From NCBI RefSeq assembly GCF_964204645.1, contig NC_134027.1:20174560-20238559 (forward strand): a stretch of DNA of 64,000 bases. Reading direction: 5' to 3'. This stretch comes from Tubulanus polymorphus. Taxonomy: Eukaryota > Animalia > Nemertea. The translations under genes were made by a program, and so were the position numbers. The notes under the pieces are model-generated. The model made no database searches. It saw only the letters and a list, made by a program, of their open reading frames with translations, and had not been told where the DNA came from. Below are positions 49,486 to 61,360 of the stretch, piece after piece (the stretch's first letter is position 1; the number at the start of each line of letters is the position of its first letter).

Positions 49486-52400
49486 TCACTGAGCGGACGC
49501 CTGCAGATTGGCGAGATATTGTAACAAACTCTGTTGATTTTCCTCCATCAACAAATTAGTTGGAATAGTCAGCGTCAATTGTTGCGTCTGTTGTTGTTGA
49601 GTTTGCTGTTGTTGTTGCTGAACGGCGAACGCCAGCGGTTGAATCGGCACGGAACCGATCAACCGTGCATTCGGAGGAATCGTAGCCGGAGTCGCCTGAT
49701 TCACCGGTAGCGTTATGTATGACTGCTGCTGCTGCTGCTGCTGCTGAATGTCACCCGGTGACAAACTCGTTGTGAATTGTCTACTCGACGGCTGATTCAT
49801 ATCGACTACGGGTGCCGCCACGGCAGCGCTAACGATCATTGTTGGCTTCGTCGTGACAATCGATTGAATTGGCATGATTATATTCGCGATCGACGTCGAT
49901 TGCGATAAAATCGTGGCGTGCTGCTTACTACCGCTGCCGTTATTTTGCGCGTTCGAGCTCATTTTCGTTGCCGTCATCATTGGCGTCGAAGACGTCGCGA
50001 CCGATTGTCGATTAACGACGTTGTTTTGCGGGGTCGCCGCGAATTGGTTATTTGAATTCGTTCGTTGTTGAATATTCACGAACGTCTGTTGCTGCTGCTG
50101 CTGTTGCCGAGGTTTCGATTCGTCATCGCCGCCCTGCGCGACAGTGTATGAATTATCACTCACTTTATACCTCATTGCCAGCGGTTGACCGCCGTACGAC
50201 ATCTGACCAGTCGACTGGTAACTATTGACCGGTTGACCGATTGGCTGCATTGACTTCTGAGCAGTCGACATTAATTGATAATTATTACTAATGCCACTGG
50301 CGTGTTGACCGATCAAGGATAACTGAGCAGTCGACTTCGACTGATAACTGTTAACACCACCGACCGGTCGACCGATCGACTGGGAGGTTGAGAGAGCAGT
50401 CGATATCGCCTGATAACTGTTAATGCTCCTGTCCGGTCGACCGGTCGACTGTTGCGGCTGCCCATAACCGGCCGACGAAGTTGGCGAATAAAGTCCGGAC
50501 AGCACTGATCGATGATTCGTCGCCGTTGCTCGATTCACCGTCGTTATATTCGGTTTGACTTGTGCTTGAAACGACGAAGTCGCGGAAATCGGCGCACGAG
50601 ACAGGACCTGCGATATCGACGAGCCGCTAGCGGATGACGATACCGTGGTCGCCGACGTTGTGCTGTGATTATACGGTTGAACGGCTGCTACTCGTTGTGA
50701 AGCGGATGCAGGGATCGTCACGGCGGTTCCAGCACTTCCGCGGCGCGACAAATGCGAATATCGCGACCGGTAGGAGTCGTCGATTGTTACTAATTTCGGG
50801 CGTCCATCGCTTAACATTTTAACCATACGGACACCTTTCGTGCGATTGGCAAAACTGACGTTCGACGACGATGGCGAAACTCGCTGCGGCAAGCGAGGAG
50901 ACCCGGTCGACGAAACCGGAACACGTGGAGACATCGTATTGGTCGGCGGACTAGGACGGGCAGCAGTTGAGGGCGATATCGTCGGCTTATACAAAGGACG
51001 ATGTTGCTGATTCTGCTGCTGCTGCGGCTGCTGTGCAGCTACGAACCGAGCAAAGATTTGTTGGCGTTGAGCCTGCACAGCCGCATCGAGTTGGACTACT
51101 TCCCCACGCCGATTCGACGACCACTGATTCTTCGTCGTGAACGATTTCGGCGATGGAGAATTCGAATCGTCCTCGATGTTGATCACTTCGATATCCGCAT
51201 CAAGACTATTCATCGTTTCTTGCGACGACTGACGAGCGAACGTTGGTGAATCAGCCGACCAATCGGAACGCAATATTTCGGTGCCAGCTACATCCCTGTT
51301 AGCGGTAGAGGTAACCGAAGCGACGGCTTTGGTCGCAGAAACGCGAGCACGGACACGCGCTAAACCCTCGGTGATCAGACTTTTCGACACGTTCGTATTA
51401 CTCGCGCTCGTAGAAGCCAGCGAATCTGTTTTCGTGTAGTCGAGGAAATTCTCAGTGCCGCCGACCTTCAACAAAATATTATTCTGGATTCGTCGCTTGA
51501 CTGCAGCATTCTGAGCGGACGTCAACTTTCTTGCAATGCTAAAACCCGGTTGCGATGCGGCCACGTCGGATATCAATCCAAGATTGTCGCGCATCGATCG
51601 GTCATTATTCAACGTGCCGGCAGATGACACCACTGGTGACCGGTTCAACTGTTTCGCGGCGTAGTTCTGCAGATAATCGGTGTGACTAGAATTCGAAATC
51701 GGCTCCAAATTATAACGTCCATCCGGCTGCTGTTGCAACAACTTTAATGCGGACGTGCCCGTTTTTAATTTCGACAGCGCCTTCAACGTGTCGGCGCGAT
51801 TTTTCTGCGCCTGCGCGAGCGTTTCCATCGCGCGTACCGTTTTATTGCCAGTTTTCATCGACGTCACGGTTTTCGCAGACGACGAATAATGCTTGTTGTG
51901 AAACGCCGCGATCGGCGACACGCGTGGTTTAACGATTTTGATCGGATTCGCAACTTGACGATACGACTGCGATTGTTTTTTCGACCACGATGCATCCTTT
52001 GTGCCCATCGGAACACTTTCATCGCGGCCGACATGACCTGAAGTTTTATCGGCGAGCTCAGCAGGCTTGTTCAGCTGTGATTGTTTCACCCACACGCTCT
52101 TCGCGACAACCGTTTGTTTCGAAACCTTATTCTCAGTTTCGACCGATTGTGCATCGACGCATTCGTCACCCGCCGTGTCCCGCTTCACAGCAGCCGCAGC
52201 GGCGGCTGCTGCGTCTTCGAGCATCAGCTTACGCTTCTCCGCCTCGAAGCGTTTGTGCCGTCGCACCTTCTCTCGGTCGTTTCTCGCAACTCGATCGCGC
52301 TCCAGACCGGCGGCAATTGCCAACGCATCCTTACTCGCCTTCTCTGTAATGTGCCACGAAAATGACGCCATGAATCGAACGCAATTCGCGCGCAGCTCCG

Positions 52401-53358
52401 ACCACTTTTGCTTTGGGTCCAACTCTGCACTTTTCAGTCGCATCAAACTCTGCACCAATTTCGCGATTATTTCATTTTTGACGCCGTCAATTTTGTACCG
52501 CTTCAAATCGAACGGGTCGTTCTTTTCCTCCTCGAGCTTTTTCTTTTTCGCATCGGCGCACGACGGCGGCGTCAACGGGCGTTTTCTTGGTCGGCCCGGT
52601 TTCCGTTTGATGACGGTATCCGTGTTGTAAATCTTCTTTCGATCCGAGACGAATGTTTCCAGTCCGTTTCGCGCGGAGTTGTCTGGCAAAAATTCCTTAC
52701 AACATGACGTGAACGGTTTACTCGATAGGGGCCCATTGACCGCTGCCGACTCCTCATTCTCGCCGGCATCTTTGTCCGGACCGTTCTCGCTTACGTCGTT
52801 TTCACCGCCTGGAAGTGGCTTACGATTTATGACCTGATCTGAATTGATCTGTTCATCGCTGTTTTCGGTTATGGGTAATGGACTATCGACATCGAGGGAC
52901 GACGCAAAGCTATCGCACGTATTCTCCGAAGAATGAACGTCTCCGTTTACTGCGACGGTTGAATCGTCCGTAGCCAGCTTCGAATCCTCGACCGCTGAAG
53001 TCGAAATGCCGTCGTCCACACCGCTTTGAACATCGGTCGATTCGTCCGTGTTGTAATCATTTCTCGTTGCCATTTTCTCGTCGTCACGAAATAATCCTTC
53101 GAGTATGAACAGCGTGTCTTCGAGCGGATTCAACGAAAAAGCCGTCACCATCGCCAAACGACGCAGTTCGATGTATTTCGCGACGCCGCCGACGTTCAGC
53201 GCGCTGTTTAGTACGTGGCACATGTGAACCGGTGATGTGATCGTGTCGATCGGATTCGGTTCGTTGCCGCCGCCGGTGTACGTCACGTAGCGTACGACGT
53301 CGACGTGAAACGCTTTCGTGAAGAATTCAACGCACAGCGGTAAAAACTGCTCGCCAAA
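49486..53358 (-). CDS. RLF/ZNF292/ZNF654-family protein, last exon (1290 aa; AT-hook, Q/S/T-rich, no C2H2 fingers)
   Basis: cag|FGEQFLPLCVEFFTKAF, LRRLAMVTAFSLNP and LDPKQKWSELRANC align by eye to the end of the ZNF292/RLF N-terminal helical region; open 3873-nt frame to TGA. Confidence 0.85.
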   Translation of the reverse strand, partial: FGEQFLPLCVEFFTKAFHVDVVRYVTYTGGGNEPNPIDTITSPVHMCHVLNSALNVGGVAKYIELRRLAMVTAFSLNPLEDTLFILEGLFRDDEKMATRNDYNTDESTDVQSGVDDGISTSAVEDSKLATDDSTVAVNGDVHSSENTCDSFASSLDVDSPLPITENSDEQINSDQVINRKPLPGGENDVSENGPDKDAGENEESAAVNGPLSSKPFTSCCKEFLPDNSARNGLETFVSDRKKIYNTDTVIKRKPGRPRKRPLTPPSCADAKKKKLEEEKNDPFDLKRYKIDGVKNEIIAKLVQSLMRLKSAELDPKQKWSELRANCVRFMASFSWHITEKASKDALAIAAGLERDRVARNDREKVRRHKRFEAEKRKLMLEDAAAAAAAAVKRDTAGDECVDAQSVETENKVSKQTVVAKSVWVKQSQLNKPAELADKTSGHVGRDESVPMGTKDASWSKKQSQSYRQVANPIKIVKPRVSPIAAFHNKHYSSSAKTVTSMKTGNKTVRAMETLAQAQKNRADTLKALSKLKTGTSALKLLQQQPDGRYNLEPISNSSHTDYLQNYAAKQLNRSPVVSSAGTLNNDRSMRDNLGLISDVAASQPGFSIARKLTSAQNAAVKRRIQNNILLKVGGTENFLDYTKTDSLASTSASNTNVSKSLITEGLARVRARVSATKAVASVTSTANRDVAGTEILRSDWSADSPTFARQSSQETMNSLDADIEVINIEDDSNSPSPKSFTTKNQWSSNRRGEVVQLDAAVQAQRQQIFARFVAAQQPQQQQNQQHRPLYKPTISPSTAARPSPPTNTMSPRVPVSSTGSPRLPQRVSPSSSNVSFANRTKGVRMVKMLSDGRPKLVTIDDSYRSRYSHLSRRGSAGTAVTIPASASQRVAAVQPYNHSTTSATTVSSSASGSSISQVLSRAPISATSSFQAQVKPNITTVNRATATNHRSVLSGLYSPTSSAGYGQPQQSTGRPDRSINSYQAISTALSTSQSIGRPVGGVNSYQSKSTAQLSLIGQHASGISNNYQLMSTAQKSMQPIGQPVNSYQSTGQMSYGGQPLAMRYKVSDNSYTVAQGGDDESKPRQQQQQQQTFVNIQQRTNSNNQFAATPQNNVVNRQSVATSSTPMMTATKMSSNAQNNGSGSKQHATILSQSTSIANIIMPIQSIVTTKPTMIVSAAVAAPVVDMNQPSSRQFTTSLSPGDIQQQQQQQQSYITLPVNQATPATIPPNARLIGSVPIQPLAFAVQQQQQQTQQQQTQQLTLTIPTNLLMEENQQSLLQYLANLQASAQ

Positions 53359-53425
53359 CTGTCGAATATATACAACGATAACAAGTATTAGATTTCAATG
53401 AAAAATACAACCATATCAAATATTA

Positions 53426-53641
53426 CGGTACAGCTTAGAATTAACTAAACGAAATTGTGCATCGGTTACGCGTTCAATTGAGACGCATCGTTGCACCTGA
53501 TTGGAACGAATTTTAAAACCGATACAACGATGTACGTTACGCGTTTAATTTCTTTCCAAAACACTGATCATTTTTCGTTTAAAAAGTGAACTAAACGGAA
53601 AATAAACCTCAACGATGTTTAGTTTATTCTAAGCTGTACCG
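53426..53641. mobile_element. Small TA-flanked MITE
   Basis: TA|CGGTACAGCTTAGAATTAACTAAAC ... GTTTAGTTTATTCTAAGCTGTACCG|TA. Confidence 0.8.
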
Positions 53642-53670
53642 TACATATCAGCAAAAATTTCTACTAAATG

Positions 53671-53864
53671 CAGGGCTGTCAACCTCTGAAAAGCGCTATC
53701 AGTAACAAATCGAAGTATGAAAGATGTTCAATTAATCAGTTATCATCAGTAAGTCCCTCAGTAACATCTTTCATATTTCTGTAATGCATGAAACATATCA
53801 TATCAGTATTTCACATTATAAATTGATAACAAATACCGAAAATCAGGAACAGTTGGCAGCCCTG
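53671..53864. mobile_element. hAT-like MITE, family C (6-bp TSD)
   Basis: TAAATG|CAGGGCTGTCAAC ... GTTGGCAGCCCTG|TAAATG. Confidence 0.85.
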
Positions 53865-53937
53865 TAAATGCAAGTTTCAGCGGATGAACTAATCAGGCTT
53901 TTAAAATTGATTCAGGTATGGGTTTTATTGGACTTAG

Positions 53938-54812
53938 CAGGGTTCATAGCCTCAAGACCAACCAAAATTCAAGGCCATTCAAGGCTTTTTACCCCTATGA
54001 AAAACATTTTTATGGCAATATTTTCTTGCTTCATCCATTCAAAAACAATCAAAACAGCTTTAACGGGGTTCATTGTGCCACTGCTGACCCGAATTCACTG
54101 ATATTTACCGACACAGCCAACTACAGCAACTTTGATAAGAAATTTGATAATTTCAATTTTGAGCCAGTGACAAAATACCTACACTAATTACTTTTTAATT
54201 AGTTGAAGTACAGAATTTCCATGGAAATATATTGAAAAAAATAAGTGTGAAAACAGTATTGGGTTGAATTCAAATGAGGGGAGAAAACTAACTTTTTGCA
54301 AATAATTAAGATGGAAATATCAAGAAAAAAATCTTTCTTTCTTCTTAATTAAATCTGATGCAAACACAACTTTTTTCAACCAGATGTTTTTGGCGGGATT
54401 TCAGACGGGATCCATGGTCCAAGTCAATTGATATCATCTCCATGAAAAGCGCTATAGGCCTACATGCAGTAATCACACACAACTGAATGATGATTCATCA
54501 TGAATATACATAGTAGTGGGTTTTCCCCAATGACTCAAATAGACACCTACTGTGCAACACAAGTCTCCAAGGATAAAAAAAAGAAATCAATACAATTTAT
54601 ATACCATGCATTAGACATCGTCATGCTGATATCAAAATTTCCATCATTACAAAAACAATCATAAATCTACAGATTTGCAACATAATCGAAATTTGAGGCC
54701 CTAAAATCAATTTTCAAGACCAAAGTGCTGAATTCAAGGCTTTTCAAGGCCTTGAATTTCCTTTTGACTAATCAAGGCTATTCAAGGATTTCAAGGCCTG
54801 CTACGAACCCTG
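53938..54812. mobile_element. hAT-like element with 5-bp TSD (hAT5-type)
   Basis: CTTAG|CAGGGTTCATAGC ... GCTACGAACCCTG|CTTAG; subterminal TTCAAGGC repeats. Confidence 0.8.
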
Positions 54813-55154
54813 CTTAGGGACCAAATTCTACATTTATGGGTTTGACTCTGGGTTCAGTTCATTTCATTTGCCCCGGAGGCCAGTTCGAGCATGGATCAAA
54901 TTTCACTCCGAACTGAGATCACTCAGTTGTGGGTTAAATAGGATTCACAAACCCATTTCCACAGTTGTGGGTCAAATTCGACTCTTGAGCCAGTTCTAAA
55001 TGCGTGGATTTAATTTGAGTTATTTACATAATTCTACAGCTGAGGGTAAATTTGACTCTGAACCAAGTGCGACAGACTCTGAACCCTGCTTTGTGAATTT
55101 TTCTTTTCCTAGAACCACGAAACCATTTGATACACATCCATTTTCTATACTTAC

Positions 55155-55295
55155 AAGTTCGACTAAAGATGAGACAAAGTATGACATTTGCAATGAATTC
55201 TTGACGAGATCTGACATTTTACGGATGCTCTGAATAAAATTATCGGTCTCCGGTTGACTCTTGCGTTGCAACGTCACCCAAATTCTCAACAGTTC
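55155..55295 (-). CDS. RLF/ZNF292/ZNF654-family exon
   Basis: tag|ELLRIWVTLQRKSQPE...YFVSSLVEL|gtaagt; parallels ZNF292 ELTLFWSKLQQRVEP; 141 nt. Confidence 0.85.
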
Positions 55296-55601
55296 CTAAA
55301 AACAAAGGAGACATGCCATCCATCAATATCATATAACTGTTGGCTATAGATGAACTCAGACAAAGCAGTGAAATTATGACCTCTGGTAACCATGGTAGAC
55401 TAGAGGCAGGCCCTACATATCCGTCACTACTGGATATCATTTCAAGGAGTTTTTAACGAAGATATTTCAAATTTTGAGTGTCTGCATCACTTTCATATTC
55501 CATTTCTGTGGCAGACCCATAAATCTTGGTAAACTATTATTTCAGTGGTCTAGTAACCAAATCACGACGACTAATAATCTATACTTTAAAATAATACTTA
55601 C

Positions 55602-55745
55602 TCGGGTGCAACAATACGAAGACGGGCGGATAAGATCTTGAGCTAAAAAGGTTGAACTCAATCGCAAAGAGACATTGTCTAATGAGTCGTCGCTGCAGAT
55701 CCGGTGTAGAATGTGAACTCCGATATGACACGACGTGTCAGAACA
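55602..55745 (-). CDS. RLF/ZNF292/ZNF654-family exon
   Basis: cag|CSDTSCHIGVHIL...LSSTFLAQDLIRPSSYCCTR|gtaagt; parallels LCTAFLSRQLQQGDMYCAW; 144 nt. Confidence 0.85.
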
Positions 55746-56364
55746 CTGTAAACGAAACAAAATTCAATGTTTATTTGATCATTCATACTGATAATATAGC
55801 CATGGTACATCGAAAAGACAAAGTATCCATAATAGACGTTGTCTCTCTTGGCCAACACCAGTAATGCAACAAACTTCACGGGATGCCACCCGGGATATCT
55901 CAGAATAAGGTGTTGTGCATATTCTCGGAGCCAACCTTATTCGACGTACATTGTATTCGATGAAGACCAAAACAGGGCTTCACGCTACGATTCATTTCGA
56001 AGACAATCAAACCTGATGATACTGTATACATCTGTTTTCACGGTTAAAATACAACTGGTTTTAATCATCTACAAACACAGTCAGAGTATTCACATTCTAC
56101 AAACCAAATTCATGCCGTTCGGTTTGACTCAAAGCATGGCTGAATCCTTATACATCTGACTACACGGTGTGACAACATATTCCAACCTACCAACTGTTAG
56201 TGTGACAGAAGCTATGTCTTTTGCAATTATACCTAACGGCCTATTTTTCTTTTTAGAGAGCCAGTACGACCTGCTCTTGCAAGAACAAAGCAAACCGAGA
56301 TATCTAGCCTGATGAGTGAGATAAAACGATGACTTATTGCGCCTATGAAGCATTTTGTGCATTA

Positions 56365-56619
56365 AGCTAGGGGCACACGAGCATGTTTTTTCGCCCGATC
56401 GCGGCGAATTTATAAATCGCCTGAAAAAATTGGCCGTGTGGCCGCTAACGGCAATTGTTGCTTCCATGTGATTTGTTAACTCTGACTCCTACACTAAGTG
56501 GTGGTCGTTGACTGAATTATGGTTTGATCGCTACATGTACCAGCTCGTATCCGGCATATAAATTTGTTGAATTCAATCATCGCGATCTGGCGAAAAAATA
56601 CGCTCGTGTGCCCCTAGCT
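56365..56619. mobile_element. PIF/Harbinger-like MITE
   Basis: TTA|AGCTAGGGGCACACGAGC ... GCTCGTGTGCCCCTAGCT|TTA. Confidence 0.8.
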
Positions 56620-56642
56620 TTAAAGAATTACTTTAGGCCTAC

Positions 56643-56845
56643 CTTTTGATGGAAGTCATTTAACATGTCCAATCTGTACAATAGCATCAAATGAATCGAG
56701 AGCATGTTAGCGTCCACACTGTAACGAGGCAACCGCACCAACCACGTGGTCAGATTCATTGCAAAATTCTCGCAACCGCCATCCAGTAACATGTCAACCC
56801 GTAACTTCAACAACGCGCTATCCTGTGACTTAAAATACTCGAAAA
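56643..56845 (-). CDS. RLF/ZNF292/ZNF654-family exon
   Basis: cag|(V)FEYFKSQDSALLKLRVDMLL...NDFHQK|gtaggc; parallels VNEFLAFEGPILLDMRIKHL; 203 nt. Confidence 0.85.
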
Positions 56846-57105
56846 CTGAAAGAAAAATATAACTGTTTGAAGAAAAAAAAACCCTGTTACAATCAATGTT
56901 ACAGTATGTTATAACACGATATCTTTTATACATAATGCCAATTTCTGAATTTTGCAGATCATGGTTCACTGCACAAATAGCAAGTCTCTCGCAATGCCAT
57001 AAGATTAGAACCTAGGGAGAGCAGCGTTCCGAGGTTGCAGGTCCATCAAACCTGCAACTGCCGGAATCACAAGTTCAACCCTATAAACGTACTTGACAAT
57101 TATCA

Positions 57106-57860
57106 AAACTAGAATGTCGCTGAAGACGACTGATGCCCCATGTCAGGTGAAACGCCTGAGTGTAAAATACACCGCGAACGTATGTCAACCTATTTCTGAA
57201 GGATGGAAATGAAAAATACAAAACAGCTTCCGGTGACCTTGACCTTTGACCTCCAGGACTCGAAATCTAATCAGTCACTCACGGTCTCTCGGGTAACCCA
57301 TCCATTAAATTTCACAAAGTTATCTTATACCGTTTATGAATTAAGAGCCCAGAAATGAAAAATACAAAACAGCTCCTGGTGACCTTGACCTTTGACCTAC
57401 AGGACCCGAAATGTAAACAGTTACTCACGGTCTTTAGGAAAACCCATCCAAAAATTGTCTTAAACCATCTAAGAGATAGAGCCCGGAAATGAAAAATACA
57501 TAACAGCTTCTAGTAACCTTGACCTTTGACCAACACGAACTGAAATCTAATCAGTTACCCACAGTACCTAGGATAACTCATCCATAGAATTTCAGTAAGT
57601 CTTAAACCGTTTATGAGTGAGAGCCCAGAAATGAAATTCACAAAATGGCTTCCTGCGACCTTGACCTTGGATGTACAGGACCAAAAATCTACTCAGTTAC
57701 TAACCTTATATAGTACAACACAACTGTTGAATTTGATGAAAATCTGTCGAAGGGTTTAGCTGCTAGGGCACGGAAACCACTGCAGATGGACAGAAGGACG
57801 GACGATGAAGTGATTCAAAACTGGGCCGCTATACTCAATGACGATAGCAGGGATAATAAT
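57106..57860 (+). mobile_element. Helentron-associated (HINE-like) element with 4 x ~140-bp internal tandem repeats
   Basis: AAACTAG start; GTGACCTTGACCTTTGACC-type cores at 57233, 57379, 57513 and 57655; GGAC microsatellite near the 3' end. Confidence 0.7.
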
Positions 57861-58429
57861 CATTGATATGAAATTGTTAATTAGTTGTCATTTACAGTGT
57901 ATCACTTGATATAGTTCATACCCCTGAATATGGCAAAAACCTGTTTCATAAGTAATCATTTTATTCACGTAATTCTTGTCATAATAATCGTTTAGTAGTA
58001 GTAGTTATCACATATCACATACCCATAAATCAAGTTAAACACAACACAATGCTAACTGTTAGTCGATTCACGATTTTACTCAATATTTGAGACTTCGAAT
58101 GAAACTGTTTATCTTATCTAGTAATCTGTATTTCTCATAAACATGAATTCAATTTTGATATTTTCTGTGTAACAGCATTTGTCCCGCCCCCGGGAGTTTT
58201 GGCAACTACCGATTGGTTTAGAGTACATAGTTTACATGTACATCGTCCATTTCATGAGAATAGTCAGTTCAGTTTATATCTCTATACCGAAAAGACGTGT
58301 TCGTAGTTATTTGTTTGAGAATCTGGTTTAAGCTGTGGTCTACACCCACAGAATGTCTGGATTATCTTGCAATATAACATGGTTAAGATGAAATCTTGGT
58401 GCACAGCTCCACTGTAGTAATGTTCAACT

Positions 58430-59620
58430 AACAAGAGGCCCACGGGACTTATACCTTCATGACGAAGTAGAAGAATGATTCGATATTCTAAGTTTGACAG
58501 ATTTTTAACGATGTAACAAGTTTTAAAATAGTTAAGATGGTATAGGCTGTGTGGCGATAATGTTCATTTTCTGTTAATATATCCTTACATGAAAAGACAA
58601 GCCCATTTTAGCTACCCCAAAGATCACACTACATGAAACTAGGGGTCCAGGGACACCATGCCCACTTGGGAAGTGGTTCCAAATGCTCAACAATCTAACA
58701 ATTTCAATATTCAACGCCCCCTGGTGACCATATACAGAATCCAATGACCTTGAAACTCACTACAATCATAGAACATGTCAGCAGCTACGATTTTGTAATT
58801 GATTGTGATAACAAAATATGCCTCGTTATCACTTTAATATGGAAATACTAAGTTATTCTACTATTCAACGCCCCCTGGTTACCATATTCAAAACCCAATG
58901 ACCTTGAAACTCACCACCATCATTGAACATGTCACGAACTATAACTTTGTAATTGATCATGGTAACAAAATATGCCTAGGTACCAATATGATAAGGAAAT
59001 ACTAAGTTATTCTACTATTCAACGCCCCCTGGTGGCCATATAGAATAACTGATGGCCTTAAAACTTGCCACAATCATGGATGATGTCATGAGCTACAACT
59101 TTGCAATTGATTGTGGTTACAAAATATGCATTGATACGAATATAATATAGAAATACTAAGATATTGCATTATTCAACACCCCCTGGTGGCCATATACAAA
59201 AACCAATGACCTTGAAACTCACCACAATCATAAAACACGTTATGAGCTACAACTCGACCCAATTTTTGTTATGCTGATGGGCCCTGGGGGAATTCACATA
59301 TATCAGAAAGATCAAGGTAATTGATCAAAGCGTCTTCAAAATTTCCCTCAAAAAGTTCAAAAATGTGTAAAAAGTGCTGATTTTGGCGAACAACAATGGC
59401 TGCCAGTCGGCCATCTTGAATCTGACAGGGCCAGTTTTTGGGCTGAAGATGTGTCTAGGGTAGATACATGTGTAACCCAAATACCAAGACATTACCTTGA
59501 AGCGTCTTCAAAACTTCCCAAAATAACTGGATTCCGTCTACGGACGGCGGGATGGACGAACGGACGGACGAAAAGTGAACGCAATAGTCCGCTGGGACTA
59601 AAGTCCCAAGTGGGCTAAAA
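58430..59620 (+). mobile_element. HINE-like element with 4 x ~154-bp internal tandem repeats
   Basis: AACAAGAGGCCC start; TTCAACGCCCCCTGG-type cores at ~58710, 58864, 59017 and 59172; GACG microsatellite; 3' hairpin GGGACT-AA-AGTCCC. Confidence 0.72.
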
Positions 59621-60050
59621 ATGCATCAACAATTGGTGTAGGCATCGTGCTGAAAAGAAATCCAAGATGGATGGCAACCCTGGTAGCCATACTTGAACTC
59701 GATTTTCAATAAGGGGTAGACATTTCACCTACCAAAATTCTTACAATAGTATCATGAAAATGCATCAAGGATTGCAGGCCGTTTCGTGCTAAAAATTCAA
59801 GATGGCTGACCTGGCGGCCATATTTGAGAGCCGATGACCTCCATATACAAAAGGCATGGACAGCTTACCTACCTTGATCCTAACACCAAATTTTGCGGAA
59901 ATCCATCAAGAATTGCGGGCTGCATCGTGCAGACAAGAAATTCAAGATGGCCACCCCAATGGCAGCCATATTTGATCACCAATGACATCTTTTTACAATA
60001 GGGGTGGACATCTCGCCAGACCCAATTTCAAGCTAATTTTCAAAAAGATT
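59621..60050 (+). repeat. ~140-bp degenerate tandem repeat with CAAGATGG core (3 copies)
   Basis: AAAT(T/C)CAAGATGG..GCCATA cores at ~59660, ~59795 and ~59940. Confidence 0.6.
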
Positions 60051-61360
60051 CAACGCAAATTACAGGCAAATTACTGAGTCGAATTCAATTCAATTCCAGA
60101 GGTCCTGGCTTAGGCCTATGCAATAGGAGTCAATTAAGATTCGACTTTTTGAAAAACAAGCACAGATGCCTATTCAAATCACATGTAATTAAAAAATTCA
60201 GTGCTTCTTATTTTGATGTCCCTGTTTTCATCGGGCACGTGGTTAAAATTATTGTTTACATCGAACGTCTTCAACAGCTGATACAACCGCACCCGCGTCT
60301 GTCAATCATCTTAATTGATTCATATACTAAAATTATCACTATGAAAAACTATGCGGTGGATCAATCCAGAATTTTTCAGTAAAATGTCAGACACTAGGTA
60401 CCTTTCTTCAAAGGTTCATTTGTTTAATGTCATTAACAATCAGTTATATAATACTTTATTCATAACTTTGAAGCGGCGCGCCGGCAGCAAACGCTCAAGC
60501 AAGGTCAGTCAGGTAGGCCAACAATAACACGAAATAGACCACAATTTTGCCGGTTAAGAGCGTCTCTCCACATAAATTAGAGGGACTGTAATGGACCATT
60601 TGTTGATACAAACCTTTAATTAACTTCGTATGGATATAATCAAGACAATTCCGCCCTATAATTACACTATTCAAATGATCGACTCGCAGCTAAAACATGG
60701 TGCAGCCATTCAATATGCTAGTCACGATGTACCTCTACACACATCAAAATCACACTTAAGTTACAAGTGTTGACTTACGAGAAACGATCGAAATCTAGCA
60801 ATTTGATTGGGAAAATAGCAGCACTACAGTTGAAAAATGTTGATAAACCACCTCCGACTGTCTAACTGTTTAAAAGCTTTGCCTTCACATGGAACTATTT
60901 CCGCCTTATAACAGGTGCACTCTGCCGCCGTGATTCGCCCATTCAACAATGAAAACTTTCACATGGTCTTACTATTGGCATTTTCTTATAATTTAGGGAA
61001 ATATTTAAGAAAAGCGAAATTCCACATTCTATACTAATAAGATTAAAGTATTTATTCGTTTGACAAATCTTCCTCTGAACTCCCACCAACAAGTTATAGG
61101 CGGCGACACGAAAATGACGTCATCGACTCACTACCATCTTATAACCTTCATGACTACGTCATGAAGGTAATAATATCAATAAACATGGTAGGTGCCATTT
61201 GTGCCACCAAGGAAGAGCTAACAGGAAGTTACTCTCAGAACCATTCTAAAGGGATCAATACAGTTGATCCTAAAAATCTGCTGCCTACCACTTTTTTGGG
61301 AAATTTATTCCCATACCTTCTCTAGTCTTACTTTCACCCGATTTCTCCCATCTTTCTCAC

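Noticed and set aside
51990-52707. Several overlapping plus-strand ORFs up to 187 aa
   Set aside because: Antisense shadows of the GC-rich 3.9-kb coding exon.
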